Shown here: piece by piece, positions 1-9,714 of the stretch
How the letters are laid out: the number at the start of each line of letters is the position of its first letter
Numbering within the stretch: position 1 is the first letter of the stretch
DNA from: an uncultured Desulfocurvus sp.
Lineage (GTDB): Bacteria > Desulfobacterota > Desulfovibrionia > Desulfovibrionales > Desulfovibrionaceae
NCBI GenBank assembly: GCA_964390575.1
Contig: CAYMIP010000004.1
Coordinates: 2,262-66,261 of the forward strand
DNA: 64,000 bases
Reading direction: 5' to 3'
Notes under the pieces: model-generated
The model's database searches: none
What the model saw: the letters and a program-made list of their open reading frames with translations, nothing else
Told to the model about the DNA's origin: nothing
Made by a program: the position numbers and the translations under genes

Positions 1-2129
1 AGCTGTTGATTGGCGTGACGAGCTTCTTCCGCGACCCGGAAGCCTTCAAGGCGCTTGAGCAGCAGGTCATCCCGCAGCTGTTTGCCGGCAAGCACGCTGG
101 CGCCCAGGTCCGCGTCTGGTCCACGGGCTGCTCCACCGGCGAGGAGGCCTATTCCCTGGCCATCCTGCTCGCCGAGCAGCAGGAGGCGCTGAAGCAGAGT
201 TTCATGGTGCAGGTCTTCGCCACCGACATAGACAGCCGCGCCATTGCCACGGCCCGGATCGGCCGCTATCCGGCCAGCAGCGTCGCCAACATCTCCGCGG
301 AGCGGCTGGCGCGCTATTTTACGGCCGAGGCCGGTGGCAGCACCTATCGCATCCAGAAAAGCATCCGCGACATGCTGGTCTTTTCCGAGCAGGACGTGAT
401 CAAGGATCCGCCCTTCTCCAAGCTTGACCTCATCTGTTGCCGGAACCTCCTGATCTATATGGGCGGCGTCCTGCAAAAGAGACTTATCCCCCTCTACCAT
501 TATGCGCTGAATCCGGGGGGCGCTCTCTTTCTGGGCGCCTCGGAAACCGTGGGCGAGTTTGGCGCCCTGTTCTCCGTGCTGGACCGCAAGGCCAAGCTCT
601 ATCGGCGCAAGGAGGATCTCCCCAGCGCGCAGCGCGTGGCCATGGGCCGCTTCCAGTCACCCGTGCAGTCGCTGGCGGCGGCGCGGACGCAGCCAGCCGT
701 AAAGGCGGTGGGTCGGGAAACAGTGCCGCTGCGGGAACTGACCGAGCAAGCGCTCTTGCAGCAGGTGGCCCCGACCGGGGCGCTCGTCAACGGGCAGGGC
801 GACATCCTGTACCTCCACGGCCGCACCGGGATGTATCTGGAACCCGCTCCGGGCAAGGCTGGAATAAGCAACATTCTGGAGATGGCCCGCGAGGGATTGC
901 GCCGCGACCTGACCACGGCGCTGCACAGGGCCGTGGGGACAAAGACGACGGTTCGCAGCCCAGGCCTGCGCGTCAAGACCAACGGCCACTTCACCGTGGT
1001 CGACCTGACCGTCTGCCCGGTGGAGGCCAGCCCCGGGTCGCAGCCTGGGACGCTTCTGTTCCTGGTCATTCTGGATGAGGCGCCGCCAGTCAGCCCTGAG
1101 CAGGCGGAGGCCAGCGCACTGCGGGCCGACGCAGAAGCGGGCGGCCCGGCGGTGGACGCTGATGCGCGCATCGTGGCGCTCAAGCAGGAATTGCGGGCCA
1201 AGGAGGAACACCTCCAGAGCACCAACGAAGAGCTGGAGACCTCCAACGAAGAGCTTAAATCCGCCAACGAGGAATTGCAGTCCATGAACGAGGAGATGCA
1301 ATCCTCCAATGAAGAGCTGGAGACCTCCAAGGAGGAGCTGCAATCCGTCAATGAGGAATTGGCCACGGTCAACGCCGAGCTGCAAACCAAGGTGGCGGCT
1401 TTGTCGCGCTCCAACAACGACATGAACAACCTGCTGTCTGGCACGGGCATTGCCACCGTGTTCGTGGACTACAACCTGCACATCCTGCGCTTCACCCCGG
1501 CCGCAACCCAGATCATCAACCTGATCTTAAGCGACGTGGGGCGACCCGTGGCGCATATCGTCTCCAATCTTGTCGGCTCTGTGGCCCTGGTGGAGGACGC
1601 GCAGGCCGTGCTGGATACGCTGATCCCCAAGGAACAGGATGTCCAGACAGTCGAGGGCAAGTGGTACACGATGCGCATCAGGCCCTACCGCACCCTCGAC
1701 AACGTCATCGAGGGCGTGGTGCTCACCTTTATTGACGTCACCGAGGAGAAAAGGACCAAGGATGCGCTGCGCAAAGCCAATGATCTCCTTCGGCTGGCCG
1801 TTGTGGTGCGCGATGCTTCCGATGCCATCACCGTGCAGGACCTGGAGGGCCGCATCATAGCCTGGAACCCCGGAGCGGTGCGGATATATGGCTGGAGCGA
1901 AGCCGAGGCGCTGCAACTGAACGTCTGCGACAGGATCCCGGAAAGCATGCGGGCGCGGGCGCTGAAGATCATCCATAAGTTGGCGAAAGCCATTGTCATG
2001 AAGCCATACCGCACGCAGCGGATCGCCAAGGACGGAGCAGTGGTTGATGTCTGGATGACCTCCACAGCCTTGGAGGATGAGGCCGGGCAGATGTACGCCA
2101 TCTCCACCACGGAGCGCAGGACAAAATAG
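1..2129 (+). CDS. CheR-type protein-glutamate methyltransferase fused to a coiled coil and PAS domains (5' end outside window)
   Basis: Frame is open to the window edge. 'GVTSFFRDPEAF...VWSTGCSTGEEAYSLAILL' are CheR SAM-methyltransferase motifs. 'NEELETSNEELKSANEELQSMNEEMQSSNEELETSKEEL' is a heptad coiled coil. PAS-like segments follow to the stop at 2129. Confidence 0.85.
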   Translation, partial: LLIGVTSFFRDPEAFKALEQQVIPQLFAGKHAGAQVRVWSTGCSTGEEAYSLAILLAEQQEALKQSFMVQVFATDIDSRAIATARIGRYPASSVANISAERLARYFTAEAGGSTYRIQKSIRDMLVFSEQDVIKDPPFSKLDLICCRNLLIYMGGVLQKRLIPLYHYALNPGGALFLGASETVGEFGALFSVLDRKAKLYRRKEDLPSAQRVAMGRFQSPVQSLAAARTQPAVKAVGRETVPLRELTEQALLQQVAPTGALVNGQGDILYLHGRTGMYLEPAPGKAGISNILEMAREGLRRDLTTALHRAVGTKTTVRSPGLRVKTNGHFTVVDLTVCPVEASPGSQPGTLLFLVILDEAPPVSPEQAEASALRADAEAGGPAVDADARIVALKQELRAKEEHLQSTNEELETSNEELKSANEELQSMNEEMQSSNEELETSKEELQSVNEELATVNAELQTKVAALSRSNNDMNNLLSGTGIATVFVDYNLHILRFTPAATQIINLILSDVGRPVAHIVSNLVGSVALVEDAQAVLDTLIPKEQDVQTVEGKWYTMRIRPYRTLDNVIEGVVLTFIDVTEEKRTKDALRKANDLLRLAVVVRDASDAITVQDLEGRIIAWNPGAVRIYGWSEAEALQLNVCDRIPESMRARALKIIHKLAKAIVMKPYRTQRIAKDGAVVDVWMTSTALEDEAGQMYAISTTERRTK

Positions 2130-2319
2130 GCCGGGCAACGTGGCAAACGGTCTGGCTGCCTGACGCAGAGCACGGAAAACGCTCAGGAGCTGCACGTTCC
2201 GCGCACTGGACGGAACACGCTGGCCGCGCCCCAGACTGTTGTTGAAGAACAGGGCCGCTTCAAGGTAGCATGGAGACGGGGCAGCCAACAGGGCGCACCA
2301 TGAACAGGAGTGACGCGGC

Positions 2320-2694
2320 ATGCACAAGATATTTCTGCTGGCCCTGGCCGGAGCCTGCGGCACCCTGGCCCGCTACTGGCTCTCGGTCGCGGCCCATGGT
2401 GCCCTCGGGCGGGACTTCCCCTGGGGCACCGCCATTGTGAACCTTGTCGGCTGCCTGCTCTTCGGGCTCATCTGGGTCCTGGCCGATGAACGGCAGCTCA
2501 TCCGCGCCGAGATGCGCGGCATCCTCCTGGTTGGCTTCATGGGTGCCTTCACCACCTTCTCCTCGCTCATCTTCGAGACCAGCGAGCTTCTGCGCGGCTC
2601 CCAGTGGGGCTTTGCCGCGCTCAATCTGGCGGGGCAGAACATCCTGGGCTTCGCGGCCTTCTTCCTCGGCACGGCCCTGGGCCGGAGTCTGTAA
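2320..2694 (+). CDS. crcB: Fluoride ion channel CrcB/FluC
   Basis: 124-aa hydrophobic ORF. 'GTLARYWLS', 'GTAIVNLVGCLLFG' and 'FMGAFTTFSS' match the CrcB signature. AGGAG lies about 11 nt upstream of ATG 2320. Confidence 0.9.
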   Translation: MHKIFLLALAGACGTLARYWLSVAAHGALGRDFPWGTAIVNLVGCLLFGLIWVLADERQLIRAEMRGILLVGFMGAFTTFSSLIFETSELLRGSQWGFAALNLAGQNILGFAAFFLGTALGRSL

Positions 2695-2931
2695 CGGCTC
2701 ATCTGAAGGGCCTGGCCTGAAGCAGCCCGGCCGAAACGGGGGCTCCTCCGCTCCGCGCCGCGCAAGGACAGCGGGCCAGGATTGGCCTTCGTTTCCTGCC
2801 CTGGGGCTGGCCCCGGCGCACCCCTGGAAGCATTTGCGCCAAGGCGCAGAGTATGGCATTGAGGCCCGGACAGGGCAGTGCGGCGGGGATATCGTCGGCA
2901 CGATTATCGGCCCTGTTTCTGGAGTGGGGCG

Positions 2932-3345
2932 ATGCGCATTTTGATAGCCGAGGATGACTTCCTCGGCCTGAAGTTCCTGCTCTCTGTCCTGCAGCCGCAT
3001 GGGCAGTGCCACCCGGCGGAAAACGGCAGGGCGGCCGTGCAGGCCTATTGCCAGGCCGTGGAAGAGTCCAGGCCCTTTGACGTCATCTTCATGGACATCA
3101 TGATGCCGGAGATGAACGGACTGGACGCCCTGGAGCGCATCCGCGAGTTCGAACTCTACAACACGCACCGCATCCCGAGAAACGCCATCGCCATCATGGC
3201 CACCGCCACCAGCAATTCCCAGGACGTTGTGCGGGCCTATTGCTGTTGCAGCGCCTTTGCCTACCTCGTCAAGCCCATCCAGATCGAGGATGTGGAGTCC
3301 GTCATGGCGCGGGTCCGGCGAGAACTCCAGGCCCAGCCGGTCTGA
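2932..3345 (+). CDS. Stand-alone response regulator receiver (REC) protein
   Basis: 'MRILIAEDD...FDVIFMDIMMPEMNGLDALERIRE...LVKPI' is a REC domain. Start placed at internal ATG 2932, where REC homology begins; the ORF-track start 2878 adds an Arg-rich extension. Confidence 0.8.
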   Translation: MRILIAEDDFLGLKFLLSVLQPHGQCHPAENGRAAVQAYCQAVEESRPFDVIFMDIMMPEMNGLDALERIREFELYNTHRIPRNAIAIMATATSNSQDVVRAYCCCSAFAYLVKPIQIEDVESVMARVRRELQAQPV

Positions 3346-3604
3346 TTCCGGCAGGAGCTCCAGCCCGTCCGGCAGCGTTTGCAGCCTCGCCAGTACCTGC
3401 CCTGAGGCCCCTTGTTCTTCCCAGCCGTCCTTGCCTTGGCCGCCCGGTTGTGGCAGCGTTGAGCGTACCCCCTTTGCGCCTGTGCTGTTGCGCGGGCCTG
3501 GTTGACCCACAGCCGTGGTGAATGCAGCCGGGCAGATGCCTGCGGTCGCGGCTACGGCACGGGCGACCGAGTTGAAGGGACTGAGCGGATTGTCGAGGTG
3601 GCAA

Positions 3605-6511
3605 ATGAACAGCAAGGATACCCGACCCGGCGGCGCGGCAGACCTACGCAAGCGGGCCGAGGAGCTCATCCGGGCCAAAGAGGCCGCGCTGCCGGAAAAC
3701 CTCGCGGGCCTGTCGCCCGAGGCCATGCGCCGGGAGCTCCACGAACTGCGCGTGCATCAGCTTGAGCTGGAGATGCAGAATGAGGCGCTGCGCGAGACGC
3801 AGGCCAAGCTGGACGCCGTGCGGGCGCGCTATTTCGACCTCTACGACCTGGCGCCGGTGGGCTATTGCACCATCAGCGAGCACGGGCTGATTCTGGAGGC
3901 CAATCTCACCGCCGCCACCATGCTGGGCGTGGCTCGGAGCACGCTGACCGGGCAGCGGTTCAGCCGGTTCATCCTCCGTGACGACCAGGACAGCTACTAC
4001 CTGCGCCGCAAACAGCTCTTTGAGACAGGTGAACCGCAAGCGATGGAGCTGCGGCTGGTGAAACATGACGGTACGGCCTTCTGGGCGCGGCTGGATGCCA
4101 TCGTTGTGCAGGATGCCGAGGGAACGCCCGAGTGTCGCGTTGTGCTGCGCGACATCACTGTGCGCAAGCAGGCCGAGCAGGAACTCCTGGAAAGCATGGA
4201 GCACTTTCGCGCAATGGTTGACGACCAAATGGAGCTCATCAGCCGCTTTTCCGCCGACGGAACCTTCCTCTTCGTCAACCAGGGGTTCTGCACCTTCTTC
4301 GGCAAGTCCAGGGAGGAGCTCACCGGCACCATCTGGGCGCCAGTGGTGTTTGCAGAAGACTTGCCCCTGGTCCAGGAACAGATGGCCCGGCTCAGCCCGG
4401 GCAACCCGCTGGTGATGATCGAGAACCGCAACCGGAACGCCGACGGCGAAGTGCGCTGGATGCAGTTCAGCAACCGCGCCTTTTTCGATGAGACCGGTGC
4501 GCTCCGGGAGATCCAGTCCGTCGGCCGGGACATCACCGAGCGGATTCAGGCCGAGCAGGCCCTGCGCGAGAGCGAGGGGCGCTATCTGGCGACGCTCACC
4601 GCCGTGAACGACGGGCTTTGGGACTGGCACGTGCCCAGCGGCAAGGCGTATTTCAGTCCCCTCTATTATGCGCTCCTCGGCTACGAGGACAATGCGTTCC
4701 CCGCCTCCTACGCGACCTGGAAGCCGCTGATCCACCCCGAGGATCTGGACCGGGTGGAGCCCGTTCTGCGGCGGAGCATCGAGTCCGGCCAGGGCTTCAG
4801 TGTTGACTTGAGGATGCGCACGAAGGACGGCGCCTGGAAGTGGGTCGCCACGCGCGGAAACGCCATCGAACATGACGCTGCGGGCAATGCGCTGCGCATG
4901 GTCGGCACCTTGAGCGACATCACCGAGCGCAGGGAGCTGGAAGCCCGGCTGCGCGAGAGCGAGCTGCACTTCCGCACCCTGGCCAACAGCGGCCAGGCCC
5001 TGGTCTGGACCTCCGGCCTGGACAAGCTCTGCGACTATTTCAATGAGCCCTGGCTGGCCTTCACCGGCCGCGCCCTGGAGCAGGAGCTGGGCAACGGCTG
5101 GGCCGAGGGCGTGCATCCGGACGACTTCGAGGGCTGCCTGGAGATCTACGTCACGGCCTTTGAACGGCGCGAGAGCTTCAGCATGGAGTACCGCCTGCGC
5201 CACGCCAGCGGCGAGTACCGCTGGATAGTGGACCAGGGCACGCCCCGCCACGACTCCCAGGGCGAATTCCTGGGCTACATCGGCCACTGCCTGGACATCA
5301 CCGAGCGCAAGCGGACAGAGCAGGCCCTGCTGGCCGCCAGAGACGCCGCAGAGGCCGCCAGCCGCGCCAAGGGCGAGTTTCTGGCCAACATGAGCCATGA
5401 GCTGCGCACGCCCATGAACGGCGTCCTGGGCATGCTCCAGCTGCTCCTGATGGAGGAGCTGAGCTCCGGCCAGCAGAACTACGTGCGCAAGGCCTTCGAG
5501 GCCGCCAACAGGCTGTTGTCCCTGCTCAACGACATCCTGGACTTCTCGCGCATCGAGGCCGGAGCGCTGACGTTCAGGCAGGAGCCCTACAGGCTGGCCG
5601 ACATCCTGGCCGCCACCGCCGATGTCTTCGGCCACATCTGCGCGCGCAAGGGCTTGTCCCTGCGCTTTGAGCCGGACCCCGGCCTGCCTGCCGTCCTGGT
5701 GGGCGACGAGGCCCGTCTCCGCCAGATCGTCTTCAACCTCGTGGGCAACGCCGTGAAGTTCACCCGGAAGGGCGGCGTGCGCATCGCGGCCTGGCGCCAG
5801 GACCAGGCCGGGGAAAAACCTGGCCGCCTAGTCATCGCGGTGGCGGACACCGGCGTGGGCATCCCGCAGGACAAGCTCGACAGCGTCTTTGACCGCTTCA
5901 GCCAGGCCGACGGCTCCTACACCCGGCAGTTCGAGGGGGCCGGGCTGGGCCTGGCCATTGTCCGGCGCATCGTGGAGGGTCTGGGCGGCACGCTGTGCAT
6001 CGACTCCGAGCCCGGCTGCGGCACCACCATGGTCCTGTCCCTGCCCGCGCCGACGGCCCAAAACGGCGTCCTGCCCGCGCAGGCCGGGGCCAGTACGGCC
6101 CTGCCGGAAGAATCCGTGGCCCTGCGCATCCTGCTGGCCGAGGACGAACTCATCGGGCAGCTGGGCGCGCGGATGATGCTGGAGCGCATGGGCCACAGCG
6201 TCGTTGCCGTGGGCGACGGCCGGGCCGCCGTGGAATCCGCCCTCGGGGGAGGGTTCGACTGCGTGCTCATGGACATCCAGATGCCCGAGATGGACGGGCT
6301 GGAGGCCACGCGCATCATCCGCAGCAGGAGCCTGCCGGGGAAGGGGCAGCTGCCCATCGTGGCCATGACCGCCTACGCCCTCTCGGGCGATCGCGAGAAG
6401 TTCCTGGCAGCGGGCATGGACGAGTACATCGCCAAGCCCTTCCAGCAGGAAGAGCTGCGCTCACTCTTGCAGGCGGTGGCCAGGACTCTGGGCCAGGGCG
6501 TCCGGCCCTAG
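3605..6511 (+). CDS. Multi-PAS hybrid sensor histidine kinase (PAS x4-5, HisKA, HATPase_c, REC)
   Basis: Repeated PAS/PAC blocks ('DITERK/DITERR'). H-box '[18 protein letters not shown]'. G-boxes 'DTGVGI...GAGLGLAIV'. C-terminal REC 'ILLAEDE...[14 protein letters not shown]'. ATG 3605 is preceded by GAGGTGG. Confidence 0.9.
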   Translation: MNSKDTRPGGAADLRKRAEELIRAKEAALPENLAGLSPEAMRRELHELRVHQLELEMQNEALRETQAKLDAVRARYFDLYDLAPVGYCTISEHGLILEANLTAATMLGVARSTLTGQRFSRFILRDDQDSYYLRRKQLFETGEPQAMELRLVKHDGTAFWARLDAIVVQDAEGTPECRVVLRDITVRKQAEQELLESMEHFRAMVDDQMELISRFSADGTFLFVNQGFCTFFGKSREELTGTIWAPVVFAEDLPLVQEQMARLSPGNPLVMIENRNRNADGEVRWMQFSNRAFFDETGALREIQSVGRDITERIQAEQALRESEGRYLATLTAVNDGLWDWHVPSGKAYFSPLYYALLGYEDNAFPASYATWKPLIHPEDLDRVEPVLRRSIESGQGFSVDLRMRTKDGAWKWVATRGNAIEHDAAGNALRMVGTLSDITERRELEARLRESELHFRTLANSGQALVWTSGLDKLCDYFNEPWLAFTGRALEQELGNGWAEGVHPDDFEGCLEIYVTAFERRESFSMEYRLRHASGEYRWIVDQGTPRHDSQGEFLGYIGHCLDITERKRTEQALLAARDAAEAASRAKGEFLANMSHELRTPMNGVLGMLQLLLMEELSSGQQNYVRKAFEAANRLLSLLNDILDFSRIEAGALTFRQEPYRLADILAATADVFGHICARKGLSLRFEPDPGLPAVLVGDEARLRQIVFNLVGNAVKFTRKGGVRIAAWRQDQAGEKPGRLVIAVADTGVGIPQDKLDSVFDRFSQADGSYTRQFEGAGLGLAIVRRIVEGLGGTLCIDSEPGCGTTMVLSLPAPTAQNGVLPAQAGASTALPEESVALRILLAEDELIGQLGARMMLERMGHSVVAVGDGRAAVESALGGGFDCVLMDIQMPEMDGLEATRIIRSRSLPGKGQLPIVAMTAYALSGDREKFLAAGMDEYIAKPFQQEELRSLLQAVARTLGQGVRP

Positions 6512-7947
6512 GACTGCCCGGCCAGCCAGTGCTCCAGGGGCGGGGGCGGGCGCAGCATGCTCGGCACGGCGGGCCACACCGGCGGGCGCGAGAGGTCCGC
6601 ACCCTTCTGTATCACCGAGACAGGACGGTCGGAGGAGACCACCACCACCATGAGCTCCGGGTGGGAGTGCGTGAAGCGCAGGGCCGAGTTGTAGCGCGCC
6701 CCGCGTGAGCGGTCCTCCCCGGGGAAGCTCGGCCCGTCCATGAGGCAGGCAAAGCCGCAGAGCTGGTTGCGCGTGGCCGAGAGGTGCAGCGCGCCGTCCA
6801 CCTTGGCCAGGGCTGCGGCCAGGGCCAGGTGCTCGTCGCCCTCAAGGGGCAGCGGCGTCTCCAGGGTGTGGCCGGAGAGCGGCAAGAGCGGGGTGTAGGG
6901 GTCCACGATGAGCGCGCAGCCGTACTTCTGCTCCCCTGCGGCGGCCACGATGCGCGACACGGACCCGAACAGGGCGTCGCGCTGGGCGCTGTCCAGGGGC
7001 CATTCCAGCAGGGCCTCCTCCAAGATCACCAGGTTGGGCTTGCGGTTGGTGGAGTGGAAGGAGCCGTCGGAGAAGCTGCACACCGGATTGTCGTCCAAAA
7101 AGAGCAGGCCGTGGCGGCCGTTGAACAGCGCGCACAGGCTGGTGGGCGGCAGCTCGCCCACGGCGATGCCGATGATGTGCTCGCCGTCGGACACGAGCAG
7201 GCGCTTGCTGCGCTCCACGGTCTGGAGCATCTTCCGCACGTGCTTGCCGTTGTCCAGCCGGGGCCGCTCGGATTTTGGGAAGCGCATCAGGTAGTGCAGG
7301 CGCGACAGGCGCGAAGGCTCCACAAAGGCCAGGTGCCCGCGCGCCCAGGCACCCTCCTCCGGGGTCTTGGAAATCTGCATGATGGCCCCGAGCAGGTTGT
7401 ACACGCGCAGGCGCGTGTCCGGCCCGGCTGCGCGGGCGCGCTCGTCCACGATGAAGTCGTGCACGGCGTGGGAGGCCATCTCCTGGAGCATGTGCACGGT
7501 GGCGTCCAGGGCCAGCATGTCCTTGGCGGCCAGGTTGTGCGCGAACTGCAGCAGCGCCAGCTCCAGCCAGCGCCTGGTGGGGCCGGGGGAGCACAGGTCC
7601 ACGTGCTGGTCGGTAAACCACATCTGGTAGGCCACGCCGGGCGCCCGCCCGCCCAGGCTGACCACCCCGGCCAGGCCCACGCGCTTGGCCTTGGCCTGGT
7701 CGAAATAGGCCACGTGCTCCGGGTCGGGCAGGCCGTCCAGCCACTCGTTGGTGTCCTGGTAGTATTCCTTGAGCCGGGGCTCATGCCCGCGCAGCAGGTT
7801 CTGCGGGTCCACCACGCGCAAGGGGTCGCCGGGGTTCTGGGCGTAGACAAGGGCCATGCGCGACGGCCCGGAAAACTCGCACAGGCCCAGCCGCAGCCCC
7901 TCGAGCACATTGTGCAGGCTGAGCATGTGGTGGCGGTCCAGGCTCAT
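6508..7947 (-). CDS. Protein with an unassigned N-terminal region and a C-terminal diadenylate-cyclase-like (DisA_N/DAC) domain
   Basis: 479-aa ORF with GAGGAG SD. The C-terminus 'GCALIVDP...VDGALHLS...RSRGARYNSALRF...VVVVSSDRPVSVIQKG' aligns by eye to the DAC fold (GALIVI / DGA / GTRHRxA). The RHR motif reads RYN. Confidence 0.65.
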   Translation of the reverse strand: MSLDRHHMLSLHNVLEGLRLGLCEFSGPSRMALVYAQNPGDPLRVVDPQNLLRGHEPRLKEYYQDTNEWLDGLPDPEHVAYFDQAKAKRVGLAGVVSLGGRAPGVAYQMWFTDQHVDLCSPGPTRRWLELALLQFAHNLAAKDMLALDATVHMLQEMASHAVHDFIVDERARAAGPDTRLRVYNLLGAIMQISKTPEEGAWARGHLAFVEPSRLSRLHYLMRFPKSERPRLDNGKHVRKMLQTVERSKRLLVSDGEHIIGIAVGELPPTSLCALFNGRHGLLFLDDNPVCSFSDGSFHSTNRKPNLVILEEALLEWPLDSAQRDALFGSVSRIVAAAGEQKYGCALIVDPYTPLLPLSGHTLETPLPLEGDEHLALAAALAKVDGALHLSATRNQLCGFACLMDGPSFPGEDRSRGARYNSALRFTHSHPELMVVVVSSDRPVSVIQKGADLSRPPVWPAVPSMLRPPPPLEHWLAGQS

Positions 7948-8044
7948 GGGGACTCCTCGCGGGTGTCAGGGTGGGGCGCAGCGGGGTCTGCCCGGTGGGG
8001 CGGCAGCTCAGAATACTATACGCAGCACGGCCAAAGCGCAACGG

Positions 8045-8069
8045 AAAAGCCGATGGGGCATCGGCTTTT
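8045..8069 (-). terminator. Intrinsic (bidirectional-type) terminator after the TPR gene
   Basis: AAAA-GCCGATG-GGG-CATCGGC-TTTT: 7-bp GC-rich stem (11 bp counting the A/T flanks) with T-runs on both strands, 32 nt downstream of the minus-strand stop at 8101. Confidence 0.7.
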
Positions 8070-8100
8070 CTTCGGGGATTCCGGTGGCTTTGGGGCCGCG

Positions 8101-8874
8101 CTATTTCTTGGTGTTCAGGAATTCGAGGAATTTCCCGACTTCTTCGTGGGCGGGGTTGAGGGTCTTGGCGCGGTCCAGGTGCTCGCGGCACTTGTCCAGG
8201 TCGCCCTTGTCGTAATAGGCGCGGGCCACGTTGTAGTGCAGGTTCTCGTCGGTTTCGGTCATGGTCAGGGCGCGGGTGTAGTATTCAATGGCCTGATCCA
8301 CCATGCGGCCCTTGCGCAGGGAGATGCCGAACTCGTTGAAGAGGTGCTTGTGCTCCGGGGCAAAGGCCGCCTCCAGGCCCACGATGCGGCCCAGGATGTC
8401 CTTGGCCTTGGTGGCCTCGCCGCGCTCCACGTAGGTTAGCCCCAGGCCGAAGTTGGCGCGCACATTCTCCTCGTCCACGGCCAGCGCGTTTTCAAACTCG
8501 AACTGGGCGCTGTAGAGCGCCCCGCGCTGGCGCTGCTCCTCGGCGCGCTGCACCGTGGAGTTGAGCTCCTGCATCTTCGGGTACACGGTCTTGACGTACA
8601 TCTCCGGCTCAGGATTGTACTTGGCCAGGAAATCCTCCAGGGGCACGGGCGTGCTGGCCCCGGCGGGCACGTTGTTCTTGTTCATGGCCTGGACCATGAC
8701 CTCGCCCGAGTCGTTCTGGGTGCAGAACCAGAACATCTTGCTGATGGTCTTGCGCTGGGTGGTGCCGGTGCCGACCTTCTCCACGGTCTGGGTGGAGAAC
8801 AGGCCCTTGATCTTTCTGCTGCCTTCCGGACGGTATACCGGGGCGTGGTCTTCCTGGTTCGGTTGGTTTTCCAT
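8101..8874 (-). CDS. TPR-repeat protein
   Basis: 257-aa ORF with balanced composition. The C-terminal half has TPR-like repeats ('ANFGLGLTYVERGEATKAKDIL', 'AIEYYTRALTM', 'LHYNVARAYYDKGDLDKCREHLDRA'). Confidence 0.75.
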   Translation of the reverse strand: MENQPNQEDHAPVYRPEGSRKIKGLFSTQTVEKVGTGTTQRKTISKMFWFCTQNDSGEVMVQAMNKNNVPAGASTPVPLEDFLAKYNPEPEMYVKTVYPKMQELNSTVQRAEEQRQRGALYSAQFEFENALAVDEENVRANFGLGLTYVERGEATKAKDILGRIVGLEAAFAPEHKHLFNEFGISLRKGRMVDQAIEYYTRALTMTETDENLHYNVARAYYDKGDLDKCREHLDRAKTLNPAHEEVGKFLEFLNTKK

Positions 8875-9142
8875 TGCGGTCTCGATCGGTTGCAGGTGCC
8901 GGGGGAAACCTGGAACCCAAGGCTAGCACCCCTGGCCCGGTGCTGGCAAGCACCCGCAGCGCGCAGGCCGCAGTTGTGATCATTTCACGCAAGAGTGAGT
9001 AAACACCCCGGACAGGTCGACAAAAACCGCCAGTTGCGCTATGGGCATGCGCATTGTGGGGACTGCGGCCCTGGCCCGGATGTCGGGCTTGGGCCGCCTG
9101 TGTGAGAAGAGCAACAGCCAGCGCAGGATCGAGGGTGGTCGC

Positions 9143-9709
9143 ATGGACAGACGAGTGGGTGAGCGCATCCGCGCCTTTCGGGAAAAGCAGAGCCTGAGCC
9201 TGGCGGACTTGGCCGGCCGCACCGGCCTGGAGGAGTCCTTTTTGTCCGCCGTGGAGTCCGAGGACCGCTACCCCTCCCTGGGCCCGCTCTTGAAGATCGC
9301 CCGCGCCCTGGGCCTGCGCCTGGGCACCTTCCTGGACGACCAGGTGAGCCGCGACCCGCTCATCGTGCGCCTGGGCGAGCGGTCCCAGGAGCTGGCCATG
9401 CACCAGAGCGGCGACAAGCCCGCCAGCCATTCCTACTTCTCCCTGGGCCGGGGCAAGACCGACCGGCACATGGAGCCCTTCTTCATCGAGATCAACCCCG
9501 AGCCCGAGGCCGACAAGACGCTCTCCTCCCACGAGGGCGAGGAGTTCATCGTGGTGGTGGCAGGCACGGTGCAGCTCATCTACGGCCGCGAGACCAGCGT
9601 GCTGGAGCCCGGCGACAGCATCTATTTCAACTCCGTGGTGCCGCACAACGTCTCCGCCGCAGGAACGGGCAAGGCGTCCATCTACGCCGTGCTCTACTTC
9701 CCGGAGTGA
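9143..9709 (+). CDS. XRE-family HTH plus cupin-domain transcriptional regulator
   Basis: 'RIRAFREKQSLSLADLAGRTGLEESFLSAVE' is an HTH_3 motif. The C-terminal 'HEGEEFIVVVAGTV...PGDSIYFNSVVPH' is a cupin. ATG 9143 is preceded by GAGGGTGG. Confidence 0.85.
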   Translation: MDRRVGERIRAFREKQSLSLADLAGRTGLEESFLSAVESEDRYPSLGPLLKIARALGLRLGTFLDDQVSRDPLIVRLGERSQELAMHQSGDKPASHSYFSLGRGKTDRHMEPFFIEINPEPEADKTLSSHEGEEFIVVVAGTVQLIYGRETSVLEPGDSIYFNSVVPHNVSAAGTGKASIYAVLYFPE

Positions 9710-9714
9710 CAGCC

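Noticed and set aside
1200-1400. Striking NEEL/heptad repeat at the DNA and protein level in the first ORF.
   Set aside because: This is the normal coiled-coil linker of CheR-PAS (CheB/CheR fusion-type) proteins. It is coding and in frame, not an independent repeat element.
2255-2319. Possible fluoride riboswitch in the crcB leader (an ATGGAG segment vaguely like the GAUGG core).
   Set aside because: No P1 stem flanks the ATGGAG. No downstream CUGAUGA..CCU segment or pseudoknot complement is present. Only a superficial pentamer match remains.
8974-8990. TTGTGATCATTTCACGC, a Rex/CRP-FNR-like inverted repeat upstream of the first XRE-cupin gene.
   Set aside because: Half-site spacing is one base short of both the Rex (TTGTGAA-N4-TTCACAA) and CRP (TGTGA-N6-TCACA) geometries, and the right half is imperfect. 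Not supportable without a PWM scan.
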